From: Desulfomicrobium sp.
Lineage (GTDB): Bacteria; Desulfobacterota; Desulfovibrionia; Desulfovibrionales; Desulfomicrobiaceae
Direction: 5' to 3'
Length of the DNA: 64,000 bases
NCBI GenBank assembly: GCA_040768745.1
Contig: JAXGMI010000001.1
Coordinates: 480,001-544,000, forward strand
Below are positions 39,300 through 51,965 of the stretch, one piece after another; position 1 is the stretch's first letter, and every line of letters begins with the position of its first letter. A program made the translations under genes and the position numbers. The notes beneath the pieces are model-generated. The model searched no databases, was not told the DNA's origin, and saw only the letters and a program-made list of their open reading frames with translations.

Positions 39300-40721
39300 C
39301 TAGCTCCGGGGACCGAGACGTTTGGTCTGGCGGACGGAACCCTTGTCGCTCTTCATGATCCCCAAACCAGTCAGGGCGCAGGCCAGTGCGATCACGGGGG
39401 TACTCCAGTTGAAAAACGCGTAGGGCAGAAAATCAACCGCCTCAACGCCAAGGATGCCCAGGATGTAAAACGCGTGCACGCTCCACGGAACCAGCGGGCA
39501 GCCGAGAGTGCCTGCGTCCTCACATGTCCTGGAAAGCACCCGGAGGTCGAACCCCGCCTCTTTGAAAGGCCTGGAGAGTGCCCGCCCGGTCACCACAACA
39601 GCGAGAATCTGGCTGCCGGTGCCGAGCAGGATGATATAGGCCGAAGCAAGGGCGACTCCGATCAGGGAAATGGCGGAGTTCGCTCCGCGAAGCATGGCGT
39701 CCAGCAACACCTCAAGGACGCGGGCTTTTTCAAGGACGCCGCCGAAAGCCATGCCGCAGGTCAGCAACAGGATGGTAACCATGATACTCATGAGTCCGCC
39801 GCGGGAGAGCAGCTTGTTCAGCTCGGGAGAGGAAGTGCTTGCCTCGTATCCGTTGGTCATGAACTTGGCGAGGGAAGCGACGGAGGCGCCTTCAAAGAGG
39901 GCGATTCCCAAAGCGCTCACCACGCAGATGACCATGACCGGAAGCACCGGCAACCGTTTGTAGGCCAGGGCTATCATGAGAATCGGCGGCAGGAAGGCGA
40001 TGGGCGACAGAGAAAAAGAGGACTCCAGGGTGGCCAGGATGGTGTTGATGTTGCCCAAGCCGCTCACGTTTCCGGTATGCATGGAGCCCAGGATGGCATA
40101 GCCGATTGCTGCGACGACGGAAGCGGGCAAGGTGGTCCACAGCATGGACGAAATGTGGGTGAACAGCGGGACCTCGCAGACCGTGGCCGCGATGTTCGTG
40201 GAATCGGAAACGGGCGACATCTTGTCGCCGAAATACGCTCCGGAAACAATGGCCCCAACGGTCCAGGCCGGGTTGTAGCCCATTGCCCCGCCGACACCCA
40301 GCAGGGCCACGCCGATGGTTCCCATGGTCCCAAAAGAGGTGCCGGTAGCAAGGGAGGCAATGGAACACAGGACAAATGTTGACACGAGGAAATGTTGCGG
40401 GGCGATGAGCTTGAGCCCCCAGTAGATGATGGCAGGGATGGTTCCTGACGCCATCCAGGAAGCGATGATGATGCCCACGAGCATGAGAATGGCCACGGCA
40501 ATTTGAATCCTCCCCACGGCCGAGAGCATCCCGTCCTGGAGTTCTTCCCAGTTGTAACCGATCCTCAGGCACATGAGAGCGGCAACGACAAGGGCGACAA
40601 GCAAGGGCAGGACTGGCGGCCTGACACCGACGACAACCGTACCGTAGAGGATGATCGCAACGGGGATGGAAAAAGTCAGTAACGCCCATGTCAATGATGG
40701 CTTCCGAGCATCAGAACTCAT
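39300..40721 (-). CDS. nhaC: NhaC family Na+/H+ antiporter or amino acid transporter
   Basis: WMASGTIP, TGTSFGTMGTIGVAL, GAYFGDKMSPVSDSTN, LSRTCEDAGT. Confidence 0.9.
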   Translation of the reverse strand: MSSDARKPSLTWALLTFSIPVAIILYGTVVVGVRPPVLPLLVALVVAALMCLRIGYNWEELQDGMLSAVGRIQIAVAILMLVGIIIASWMASGTIPAIIYWGLKLIAPQHFLVSTFVLCSIASLATGTSFGTMGTIGVALLGVGGAMGYNPAWTVGAIVSGAYFGDKMSPVSDSTNIAATVCEVPLFTHISSMLWTTLPASVVAAIGYAILGSMHTGNVSGLGNINTILATLESSFSLSPIAFLPPILMIALAYKRLPVLPVMVICVVSALGIALFEGASVASLAKFMTNGYEASTSSPELNKLLSRGGLMSIMVTILLLTCGMAFGGVLEKARVLEVLLDAMLRGANSAISLIGVALASAYIILLGTGSQILAVVVTGRALSRPFKEAGFDLRVLSRTCEDAGTLGCPLVPWSVHAFYILGILGVEAVDFLPYAFFNWSTPVIALACALTGLGIMKSDKGSVRQTKRLGPRS

Positions 40722-40926
40722 GAATCCTCCTCGATAATCTGATTATGCAGAGATTTTTTACATGATGAAAGATGAATAAGAATATATAAGTTCAAAATAT
40801 TAACATTATATAAAATATTACGTTAAATAATTATTTGTACATACATATTGCATATTGACAATATTTTCATAAAATTTTATCGAAAATATGTTTTTAAATA
40901 TGTAAAAATTTTTATAATATATTAAA

Positions 40927-41763
40927 ATGTCAATTTCCATTTTGCTTCTGATTTTATTTTCAGCATTATTGCATGCTTCCTGGAATATCATCGTCAAAAA
41001 TGGTGAAAACAAGCTGTTTGAAGCAGGATTGAACGCTCTTGGTGGCGGACTGGGAGCGATATGTATCGTTTTTTTTCTTCCGCCTCTTTCTCCGTCAGCA
41101 TGGCCTTACTTGGGTATATCCTGCCTCTGTCATCTCGCATATTATATTTGCATCGCAGAAGCATACAAAAAGGTTGACTTGTCTTTCGGATATACCATCA
41201 TGCGTGGCTGTGCGCCACTGCTGACATCCCTTGCCATGTTTTTTCTCGGATCTTCTCTGCGTCTGGGCGCATGGGTCGGCGTGGTTATCCTGTGTTGCGG
41301 CATTTTTTGCCTCGCTCGTGACAACATGCGGCGTGGTGCGGGATGGAGCGCCATCTTCATCTCTGTGCGGACTTCTTTCGTCATCATGGGCTACACCCTG
41401 GCAGATGGTCTGGGGGCCCAGCACAACGGCAATGCCGTAAGTTATGCGTGCTGGATTTTTGTACTCAACGTGTTTCCGCTGCATTTCTACATCCTTGCGC
41501 GGTCCGGGAAAAGTTATCTGCCTTATGTGCGCGGGCGGATCATCCCGGGGCTTTGCGGCGGACTGGCCGGGCTGGGGTCATACGGGATCGCCATTTGGGC
41601 CATGACGCGCGCTCCCATCGCTTTGGTGGCCGCCCTGCGCGAGACATCGGTCGTCTTCGGCATGCTGTTGGCGGTGCTCCTCCTGCACGAAAGATTCACC
41701 CTTTGGCGCGCAGCCGCTGTGACGCTGGTGGCTGGCGGGGCCATGCTTATCAAACTGGCCTGA
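40927..41763 (+). CDS. EamA/DMT family transporter
   Basis: SALLHASWN, DLSFGYTIMRG, VAALRETSVVF; about 10 TM segments. Confidence 0.88.
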   Translation: MSISILLLILFSALLHASWNIIVKNGENKLFEAGLNALGGGLGAICIVFFLPPLSPSAWPYLGISCLCHLAYYICIAEAYKKVDLSFGYTIMRGCAPLLTSLAMFFLGSSLRLGAWVGVVILCCGIFCLARDNMRRGAGWSAIFISVRTSFVIMGYTLADGLGAQHNGNAVSYACWIFVLNVFPLHFYILARSGKSYLPYVRGRIIPGLCGGLAGLGSYGIAIWAMTRAPIALVAALRETSVVFGMLLAVLLLHERFTLWRAAAVTLVAGGAMLIKLA

Positions 41764-41840
41764 GCTCTGAAAAGCAGCCCTGAAGCCCTCCCCGAAATCC
41801 GGACAGGCGTCACAGGAAACGGTGGCAGGGTCCATCCACC

Positions 41841-41875
41841 AAAAAAACAAGGGTCTGGATTTTACATCCAAACCC
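41841..41875 (-). terminator. Terminator after tRNA-Ser
   Basis: Minus strand GGGTTTGGAT-GTAAA-ATCCAGACCC-TTGTTTTTTT. Confidence 0.75.
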
Positions 41876-41891
41876 ATGATTTTCAATGAAA

Positions 41892-41987
41892 TGGCGGAGA
41901 GGGTGGGATTTGAACCCACGTACGGATTATTAGTCCGTAACCCGATTTCGAGTCGGGCGCGTTACGACCGGACTTCGCTACCTCTCC
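41892..41987 (-). tRNA. tRNA-Ser (CGA)
   Basis: GGAGAGG acceptor stem, anticodon arm CCCGA-CTCGAAA-TCGGG, long variable arm, GGTTCAAATCC T-loop, encoded CCA. Confidence 0.96.
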
Positions 41988-42511
41988 GCGAGGTTTTTTG
42001 AAATTTTCTTTTCCTGGCGCCGGCGCTGGAAAAAGCCGCTCAGCATCGCGCTGCACTCCTCTTCCAAAACCCCGCCCAGAGTCCAGAAGTGGTGGTTGCT
42101 CCAGGGAACCCTGGATCCGTCCATGCGACTGACCAGACATCCGGCCTTGGGGTCCGTGGCGGCGAACACAACTCCGGCCAGCCTGGCCTGAATGACCGCG
42201 CCCAGGCACATGATGCAGGGCTCCAGGGTGACCACCAGTACCGCCTGGGTCAGGCGGTAATTCCCGATCCTGGAACTGGCTTCCCTCAGGGCCAGGATCT
42301 CGGCGTGGGCCGTGGGGTCGTTTCTGAAAATCGTCCGGTTCTCGCCCTGCCCCAGAATGCGGCCACACTCATCGACCACCACCGCGCCCACGGGCACATC
42401 ACCCCGTTCCTCGGCCAGCACAGCCAGCTGCAGGGCCTCGTGCATGTACGGTTCCCACATGGGCCAGTCCTCGGGGGCCGGCGGCTGGGAGACGGCAACG
42501 TAGAAACTCAT
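41978..42511 (-). CDS. tadA: tRNA adenosine(34) deaminase
   Basis: DVPVGAVVV, DPTAHAE, TLEPCIMC, DPKAG. Confidence 0.93.
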   Translation of the reverse strand: MSFYVAVSQPPAPEDWPMWEPYMHEALQLAVLAEERGDVPVGAVVVDECGRILGQGENRTIFRNDPTAHAEILALREASSRIGNYRLTQAVLVVTLEPCIMCLGAVIQARLAGVVFAATDPKAGCLVSRMDGSRVPWSNHHFWTLGGVLEEECSAMLSGFFQRRRQEKKISKNLAER

Positions 42512-42572
42512 GGCGTTGCTGTCAATGCCCTTTGCTCTTCTTCCCCATCGCGATCGCCCCTTGCCACGCAGG

Positions 42573-43382
42573 TCATCTCGTTTTCAGGTAATCTATGCCG
42601 CCCTTGAACAGGGCCGTGCCCAGCGTGGAGGTTTCCCCCCTGGTCCAGCGCGGGTGATTGGTTGGATGGTTGTAGGCTTCCGGATGGGGCATGAGGCCCA
42701 GAATCCGTCCCGAGGGATCGGTCAGCCCCGCGATGCCCAGAGGCGAGCCGTTGGGGTTGGCCGGATAGGCATGGGTCACTTCCAGGGTCCCGGGGTCCAC
42801 GTACTGCAGGGCGATGAGGTTCTGCTCCTGCATCCGGACCAGGGTGGCTTGGTCCGCGGGCACGAGCTTGCCTTCGCCATGGCGGACCGGAACGTAAAGA
42901 TAGTCGAGCCCCCTGGTGAACACACACGGGGAATTCCGGTTGATCTTCAGAGTCACCCAACGGTCTTCGTACTTGGCCGAGTCATTGTGGCTCAATGACA
43001 CCTGCCGGGTGAAATACTGGCCGTCCAGAGCCGGCAGAAGCCCCAGCTTGACCAGAAGCTGAAACCCGTTGCAGATGCCCAGGACGATGCTGCCCGCATC
43101 CAGAAAGGCGCGCAGTTCCTCCATGAGGGACGTGCCGCTTTTGGTGCGCATGTGCCTCCAGCGCAAGGCAGCCGCCTGGGCCGAACCCAGGTCATCACCA
43201 TCCAGAAAACCGCCGGGCAGGATCAAAAAATTATACTCACCAAGCCGGACCTTGTCCGCAGTCAGGTCCGAGAAATAGGCGACGGTGGTCAGGTCCGAAC
43301 CGGCCTGGTCGGCCGCAAAAGCGCACTCCCGTTCGCAATTCGTACCGTATCCGGTGATCACCAGTGTCTTGACCTGCGCCAT
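42573..43382 (-). CDS. purQ: Phosphoribosylformylglycinamidine synthase subunit I
   Basis: GYGTNCERE, PGGFLDGD, LGICNGFQ, RHGEGK, NPNGS, LMPHPE. Confidence 0.93.
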   Translation of the reverse strand: MAQVKTLVITGYGTNCERECAFAADQAGSDLTTVAYFSDLTADKVRLGEYNFLILPGGFLDGDDLGSAQAAALRWRHMRTKSGTSLMEELRAFLDAGSIVLGICNGFQLLVKLGLLPALDGQYFTRQVSLSHNDSAKYEDRWVTLKINRNSPCVFTRGLDYLYVPVRHGEGKLVPADQATLVRMQEQNLIALQYVDPGTLEVTHAYPANPNGSPLGIAGLTDPSGRILGLMPHPEAYNHPTNHPRWTRGETSTLGTALFKGGIDYLKTR

Positions 43383-43552
43383 CATCCCTCCAAAAAACGT
43401 CCGTTGCCGCCCGATATGTTGAATACCAGAGCCCATTACAGGCCAAGCAGGGCCGGCGCAAGCCTGAAATTGCCCTCATCAAGCGCTTTGCACTCCGTTC
43501 TCATTCTGGTATGTTCCCCTGCGGCATGTGCAGGAACACCAGGGCCGCTTGA

Positions 43553-46144
<2,592 letters not shown>

Positions 46145-46155
<11 letters not shown>

Positions 46156-46669
46156 AACGGCTGCCCGGGATATCCGCCTGGTAGTCCTGGATGTAGATGG
46201 CGTGCTGACCGATGGCGGCCTCTACTATGACCTCTCGGGCTGCGCCATAAAACGCTTCAATGTCCAGGACGGGCTGGGAATCAAGATGGCCGCAGCCCTT
46301 GGCCTGGAGTTCGCCGTGATCACCGGCCTGGAGTCCCCGGCTGTGCGCCGGAGGATCACGGAACTGGGCATCCGGCACTATTATGCTGGACATCACCGCA
46401 AGATCCCGCTTCTGGTTGATATCGCCGAAAAAACGGGCATTCCCTTCGCGCACATGGCCTATGTCGGCGACGATTGGGTCGATGCCGCGCCCATGTCCAA
46501 GGTGGGTCTGCCCATCGCCGTGTCCAATGCCCGGCCTGAGATCCAACGTCTGGCCGCATGGACCACACAGGCCCAGGGTGGCCACGGCGCTGTTCGGGAA
46601 GCCATCGAATTCATCCTCCGGGCCCAGGACAAACTTGAAACCCTGTGGCAGGAATGGCTGCACGCATGA
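46145..46669 (+). CDS. kdsC: KDO 8-phosphate phosphatase
   Basis: [34 protein letters not shown]. Confidence 0.94.
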
Positions 46670-47202
46670 AGCGCGTCGTGGTCCTGCTGGCCGCCCTCGG
46701 CCTCATGGCCGGGGCCCTTGTCCTGGGGAAATACGTGCTTTGGCCCGAGCAGCCGGACAAGAACATCACGGAAAATTTGGATGTGGACCTGAGTCTCCAC
46801 GGCGTGAGATTGAGCCAGGGCCGGGACGGCAGAAAAACCTGGGACCTGGAGGCTGCGGGAGCCAGCTACGCCGAGGCCGGGGACGAACTGATCCTGACCG
46901 ACCCGCTCATTACGTATTGGGGGGAAAGCGATGGCGCCCCCATCCGGGTCATGGCCCCCAAGGGGCAAGTCTGGCAGAAAAAAGACCGGGCGCGGATGTG
47001 GGAAGGCGTGAACGCCAGCCAAGGCGATTACCAGATGCGGGCGCATTTCCTGGACTACGAGGGTCAGAACCGCACCCTGGTCCTCACCGGCGAGGTGGAA
47101 ATCCAGGGCAAAACCATGCAGGGCCGTACAGACCTTTTGACCTACTTCCTGCATTCCGGCGACTTTCTGGCTCAGGGCAATGTCCGGGTCACCTTAAACT
47201 GA
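46666..47202 (+). CDS. lptC: LPS export protein LptC
   Basis: N-terminal TM plus beta-rich body; between kdsC and lptA. Confidence 0.8.
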   Translation: MKRVVVLLAALGLMAGALVLGKYVLWPEQPDKNITENLDVDLSLHGVRLSQGRDGRKTWDLEAAGASYAEAGDELILTDPLITYWGESDGAPIRVMAPKGQVWQKKDRARMWEGVNASQGDYQMRAHFLDYEGQNRTLVLTGEVEIQGKTMQGRTDLLTYFLHSGDFLAQGNVRVTLN

Positions 47203-47215
47203 CACGAAGGTATTC

Positions 47216-47728
47216 ATGCGTTCTTTTCTTCTTTTCGTCCTTCTTGCCGCAGCCATCCCGGCTTGGGGAGCCCAGTCCATCCCGGTCAAGATCACATCTG
47301 ATGCCATGGAATATTCCCAGAAAGCAGACCAGGTGGTCTTTACCGGCAACGTCCATGTCGTCCGGGACAACATGGAGATGTGGTCCGAGACCCTGACCGT
47401 CCTGCTGGAACGGCAGAAAAACACAGGCAACGCCACTGCTCCCATCACGGACCAGCAGGGCTCCATCAAGAAAATCATCGCCCAGGGCAATGTCCGTCTC
47501 AAGTCCGAGAACGACCGGTCCGGCACCTGTGGCAAGGCTACGTACGACGCCAAAGCCGACCTGCTGACCCTGGAGGACAATCCCGTGCTCATGGAAGGGC
47601 GGAACAAAATCCAGGGCGAGATCATCAAGCTGTACGTCAACGAAAACCGCAGCGAGGTGATCGGAGGCAAGAAGCGGGTGGAAGCCATTTTCATCACCCC
47701 CGCCGGCAAGGGGGGACTCGGACAGTGA
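47216..47728 (+). CDS. lptA: LPS transport periplasmic protein LptA
   Basis: Signal peptide, PVKITSD, VFTGNV, IIAQGNV (OstA-like). Confidence 0.88.
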   Translation: MRSFLLFVLLAAAIPAWGAQSIPVKITSDAMEYSQKADQVVFTGNVHVVRDNMEMWSETLTVLLERQKNTGNATAPITDQQGSIKKIIAQGNVRLKSENDRSGTCGKATYDAKADLLTLEDNPVLMEGRNKIQGEIIKLYVNENRSEVIGGKKRVEAIFITPAGKGGLGQ

Positions 47729-48447
47729 TCAGCCTGACCGGTCAGGGACTGGCCAAGCGGTACGGAACCCGTGACGTTGTCCACGACATCGATCTCAAGG
47801 TCCTCCAGGGGGAAGTGGTCGGGGTGCTTGGCCCCAACGGGGCTGGCAAGACCACGACGTTCTACATGCTGGCCGGCATCATCAAGCCGACCCGGGGGAC
47901 GGTCCATCTGGATCAGACGGACATCACGGACTGGCCCCTGCACAGGCGCGCCCGGCAAGGCATGAGTTACCTGCCCCAGGAAAGTTCGATCTTCCGCAAA
48001 TTGTCCGTGCGCCAGAACCTGGAGCTCATTCTTGAATATTCGGGTCAATCCAAAAAGGCCCAGCGCGAGACAGCGGACCGCCTCCTGGAGGAACTGGGCA
48101 TCCGCCGCCTGGAAAGTCAGCTGGCCGCATATCTTTCAGGTGGAGAGCGCCGGAGGCTTGAAATTGCCCGGGCCTTGATCCAGGACCCGAAATTCATTCT
48201 CCTGGATGAACCCTTTGCCGGCATCGACCCCCTGGCCGTGGACGATATCCAGGGCATCATTCAGAACTTGCGCTCCAAGGGAATTGGCGTGCTCATTTCC
48301 GACCATAACGTCCGCGAAACACTGCAGATCTGCGACCGGGCCTATCTGGTGTACGACGGTCGCATCATTCTCAGCGGCAGCCCGACCCAGATCGTCGCCG
48401 ACCCGAAAGCACGCAAGGTCTACCTGGGGGAGGGTTTCAGCCTGTAG
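47725..48447 (+). CDS. lptB: LPS export ABC ATPase LptB
   Basis: GTG start; GPNGAGKTT, YLPQESSIFRKL, LSGGERRRLEIARAL, LDEPFAGIDP. Confidence 0.95.
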   Translation: MISLTGQGLAKRYGTRDVVHDIDLKVLQGEVVGVLGPNGAGKTTTFYMLAGIIKPTRGTVHLDQTDITDWPLHRRARQGMSYLPQESSIFRKLSVRQNLELILEYSGQSKKAQRETADRLLEELGIRRLESQLAAYLSGGERRRLEIARALIQDPKFILLDEPFAGIDPLAVDDIQGIIQNLRSKGIGVLISDHNVRETLQICDRAYLVYDGRIILSGSPTQIVADPKARKVYLGEGFSL

Positions 48448-48552
48448 GGGTATATCTCCAAGGATTGCCAGCCCCTGGGATCTGTGGCAGGTTTCTTTCC
48501 GGCATCTCGCCCCGTTTCACCTTGTACGCCATCGCAGGATCATTACGAATTT

Positions 48553-49983
48553 ATGGGCCTCGAACTCCGACAAAACCTCAAACTGACGCAGCAGCTGGTC
48601 ATGACACCGCAGCTGCAGCAGGCCATCAAGTTGCTGCAGCTGTCCCGCTTCGAACTGCTCGAAGCCGTGCAGCAGGAAATGTTGGAAAACCCCATGCTGG
48701 AAGAAGCCCCCAAGGATGTCTCCGAGGAGTCGGAGACGCCTGTGCAGACCGACGATCATCGTCCTGACGTGGCCTACGACGACGCGGACCTGATGCGCAA
48801 TGCGGACTGGGAAAACTATCTGGGCGATTTTTCGAGTACCTCCAAGCAAGTCCAGTACAAGGAGACCGAAGCCCTGGAAGAAATGATGTCCTACGAGGCC
48901 AGACTGGCCGGAAAGCCGTCTCTGGAAGGACATCTCCTGTGGCAGCTCTGCCTGTCCAACATCACGGACGAGGAGGAAATGATCGGGGAAATGATCATCG
49001 GAAACCTCGATTCCCAGGGCTATCTGACCACCACCGTGGAAGCCATCGCCTCGGAATCGCTGAGCCCCAAGAGTCAAGTCGAATCGGTACTGCGGCTCAT
49101 CCAGCGCTTCGACCCTGTGGGCGTGGCGGCCCGTTCTCCCAGGGAATGCCTGCTCATCCAGCTGGAAATGCTCGGGCAGGACGACCCGATTCTCCTGTCC
49201 CTGGTGGACGAACATCTGGAGGATATCGAAAAGCGGCGCTACAAGCCCCTTCTGCGCAAGTTCAAGATCCTGATGGAAGATCTGAAGGCCTACCTGGACA
49301 TCATCCAGTCCCTGGACCCCATGCCCGGAGCGAGTTACGGGAGCGAGAGCACGGTCTATGTCAGCCCCGACGTCTTTGTGTATGAATACGAGGGAGATTT
49401 CGTCATTGTCATGAACGATGACGGGCTGCCCAAACTCCAGCTCAGCCCCTACTACATGGACGACATGAGCCTCTCGGTCAAAGGCCCGGACCGGGAATAC
49501 CTGCACGATAAAATGCGTTCGGCCATGTGGCTCATGAAGAGCTTGCACCAAAGGCAAAGAACTCTGTATAAAGTGGTCGAAAGCATTGTCCGATTCCAGC
49601 GCGGCTTTTTTGAACACGGCGTGACCAAACTCAAACCGCTCATTCTCAAGGATGTGGCCGATGACATCGAGATGCACGAGTCCACAGTCAGCCGCATCAC
49701 GACCAACAAGTACGTGGCCACGCCGCATGGGATTTTCGAACTGAAATTTTTCTTCAACTCCGCGTTGGAGCTGGACGACGGCACCCAGGTGGGCTCGGAA
49801 TCGGTCAAGGCCATCATCAAGAAGATGGTCAGCGAGGAGGATCCCAAGAAACCCTACAGCGATGAAAAAATCGCCGCGGTGCTGAAGGAAAAACTGGATG
49901 TGAACATCGCGCGCAGGACCGTGGCCAAATACCGGGCTGTGCTGGGCATCGACTCCTCATCCAAACGCAAGCAGGTTTTTTGA
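48553..49983 (+). CDS. rpoN: RNA polymerase sigma-54
   Basis: MTPQLQQAIKLLQL, HESTVSR, RpoN box ARRTVAKYR. Confidence 0.98.
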   Translation: MGLELRQNLKLTQQLVMTPQLQQAIKLLQLSRFELLEAVQQEMLENPMLEEAPKDVSEESETPVQTDDHRPDVAYDDADLMRNADWENYLGDFSSTSKQVQYKETEALEEMMSYEARLAGKPSLEGHLLWQLCLSNITDEEEMIGEMIIGNLDSQGYLTTTVEAIASESLSPKSQVESVLRLIQRFDPVGVAARSPRECLLIQLEMLGQDDPILLSLVDEHLEDIEKRRYKPLLRKFKILMEDLKAYLDIIQSLDPMPGASYGSESTVYVSPDVFVYEYEGDFVIVMNDDGLPKLQLSPYYMDDMSLSVKGPDREYLHDKMRSAMWLMKSLHQRQRTLYKVVESIVRFQRGFFEHGVTKLKPLILKDVADDIEMHESTVSRITTNKYVATPHGIFELKFFFNSALELDDGTQVGSESVKAIIKKMVSEEDPKKPYSDEKIAAVLKEKLDVNIARRTVAKYRAVLGIDSSSKRKQVF

Positions 49984-50054
49984 CACCCCGCCCCTCCGCC
50001 ACTGGGCGAGCCAAGGCGGATCAGGGCTGACCAACAACTCACGAGGAGGCTTCC

Positions 50055-50597
50055 ATGAGGATTACCTTCAACTTCAAAAACTTCGACCCCTCTGACCATT
50101 TGCGGAAGTACGCCAGGGACCGGTTCGGAAAGCTGGCTAAATTCATGCCCGGGGCCGAGAACACCGAACTCCAGGTCAACCTCGAAGTGGAAAAGTTCCG
50201 GCATATCGCCGATATCGTACTGACTGGCAAAAACCTCCACATCTCTGCCCGGGAAGACAGCGAGGACATGTACTCCACCGTGGATATGGTCTGGGACAAA
50301 CTTGAAGCCCAGATGCGCAAACTGCGGGACAAAGACAAGACCAAGAGACGGGGCATGGGTGAAACCGTGCGCATGGACATCCTCACCTTTGAAGAAGACA
50401 AGGCCGGCAGGCGCAGGCCCAATATCGAAAAGACCGACCATTTTGAGCCCAAGCCCATGGTCGTCGAGGAAGCGGCCATGCAGCTGGGCAACACGGATAA
50501 CGAGTTCCTGGTCTTCCTGAACGCTGAAAATGAGCGGGTCAATGTCATCTATCGCCGCAAAACTGGCGACTTCGGCCTGATCGATCCCGGGGTGTAA
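50055..50597 (+). CDS. hpf: Ribosome hibernation promoting factor (long HPF/RaiA)
   Basis: DMYSTVD..KLEAQ, KPMVVEEAAMQL, VIYRR..GDFGLI. Confidence 0.92.
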   Translation: MRITFNFKNFDPSDHLRKYARDRFGKLAKFMPGAENTELQVNLEVEKFRHIADIVLTGKNLHISAREDSEDMYSTVDMVWDKLEAQMRKLRDKDKTKRRGMGETVRMDILTFEEDKAGRRRPNIEKTDHFEPKPMVVEEAAMQLGNTDNEFLVFLNAENERVNVIYRRKTGDFGLIDPGV

Positions 50598-50600
50598 GGG

Positions 50601-51050
50601 ATGAGGCTCGCGGATTATCTGGACAAGGATCTGATCATTTCCGACCTGTCGGCCAGGACCAAATCCGAGGTCCTGGCCGAACTCGTTTCCGTCCTGGCCG
50701 TCAAATATCCTGATCTCGACCTCAGGCATGTGACCGAAATCCTCATGGACAGGGAGAAACTCGGAACCACGGGCATTGGCAACGGGGTTGCCATCCCCCA
50801 CGGCAAAATGGACAGCATCAAGAACGTCTTGATCATTGTCGGCCGCAGCCACCAGGGCGTGGATTTCGCCAGTCTCGATCACCGTCCAGCCAACATTTTC
50901 TTCACTGTCCTGGCCCCGTCCAGCGTTGTTGGCCTGCATCTCAAACTGCTCGCCAGCGTGTCCCGCTTGCTCAAGGACGACACGTTCCGCCGCAACTTCA
51001 TCACCTCCGTGGGTAAGGACGGATTGTGGGAGCTGTTGCAGGAAGTCTAG
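50601..51050 (+). CDS. ptsN: PTS IIA-Ntr
   Basis: REKLGTTGIGNGVAIPHGK; in rpoN operon. Confidence 0.92.
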   Translation: MRLADYLDKDLIISDLSARTKSEVLAELVSVLAVKYPDLDLRHVTEILMDREKLGTTGIGNGVAIPHGKMDSIKNVLIIVGRSHQGVDFASLDHRPANIFFTVLAPSSVVGLHLKLLASVSRLLKDDTFRRNFITSVGKDGLWELLQEV

Positions 51051-51072
51051 CTCCAGGGGATTGGAGAAATCC

Positions 51073-51954
51073 ATGCATACTGAACAGAAAAATGTGGTCG
51101 TCGTGTCCGGCATGTCCGGATCGGGCAAAAGCACGGCCTTGAACGTCTTTGAGGACCTGGGTTTTTTGTGCGTGGATGGGCTGCCGGCTCGTATGGCGCC
51201 GGCTCTCATTGACCTCTTCCTCAGTTCCAGAAGTGGAGAGCAGTCGGGCCTGGCCATGGGTATGGACCTTCGCCAACCTGATTTTGCCGGGCAATGGCAG
51301 CAGGCCTTGCGAGACATCCACAAATTTTCTCTCCGCCCTACGGTTGTCTTTGTGGACGCATCAAGCCAGGTTCTGTTGCGCCGCTACGCCACAACCCGCC
51401 GCCCCCATCCTCTGGCCACCGGCGGCCTCGGGCTGGAACAGGCCGTGGAGCGGGAGCGGCAAATCCTGGATCCCATACGCAATCTGGCTGATGTGGTCAT
51501 CGACACCACGCACTATTCAGTCCATGACCTGCGCAGGATCATCCAGGACAAATGGGTCGGTCTGTCCTCCCACGCCCAGGGCATGCGCGTGCACCTCATC
51601 TCGTTCGGCTTCAAATACGGCGCCCCGGCCGAAGCGGACATGATCACCGATCTCCGCTTTCTGCCCAACCCCTATTTTGATGAAGCACTGCGCCCCCTGT
51701 CCGGGAAAGACAACGTCATTGGGCAGTACGTGTTGGGCGGGGATCCAGGGAGGGAATACGTCCGGCGGTTTCTCGAATTTCTGGATTTCACCCTGCCCCT
51801 GTACGCCGCCGAAGGCCGCTACCGCCTGACCATGGCCTTTGGCTGCACCGGCGGCAGGCACAGGTCCGTGGCCATGACCGAGGCGGTCCTTGCCCATCTG
51901 CGTAAGGGGAATTATTCAGTAACTGTGGAACATCGTCACTTGAGTTTAGGTTGA
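51073..51954 (+). CDS. rapZ: RNase adapter RapZ (P-loop)
   Basis: SGMSGSGKS, TRRPHPL, SFGFKYG, RFLPNPY, GCTGGRHRSV. Confidence 0.95.
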   Translation: MHTEQKNVVVVSGMSGSGKSTALNVFEDLGFLCVDGLPARMAPALIDLFLSSRSGEQSGLAMGMDLRQPDFAGQWQQALRDIHKFSLRPTVVFVDASSQVLLRRYATTRRPHPLATGGLGLEQAVERERQILDPIRNLADVVIDTTHYSVHDLRRIIQDKWVGLSSHAQGMRVHLISFGFKYGAPAEADMITDLRFLPNPYFDEALRPLSGKDNVIGQYVLGGDPGREYVRRFLEFLDFTLPLYAAEGRYRLTMAFGCTGGRHRSVAMTEAVLAHLRKGNYSVTVEHRHLSLG

Positions 51955-51965
51955 TGTACGGAGGA

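Noticed and set aside
12165..41892. Single integrative island anchored at tRNA-Ser
   Set aside because: No integrase, and I found no duplicated tRNA 3' end (att site) by eye; more likely piecemeal accretion
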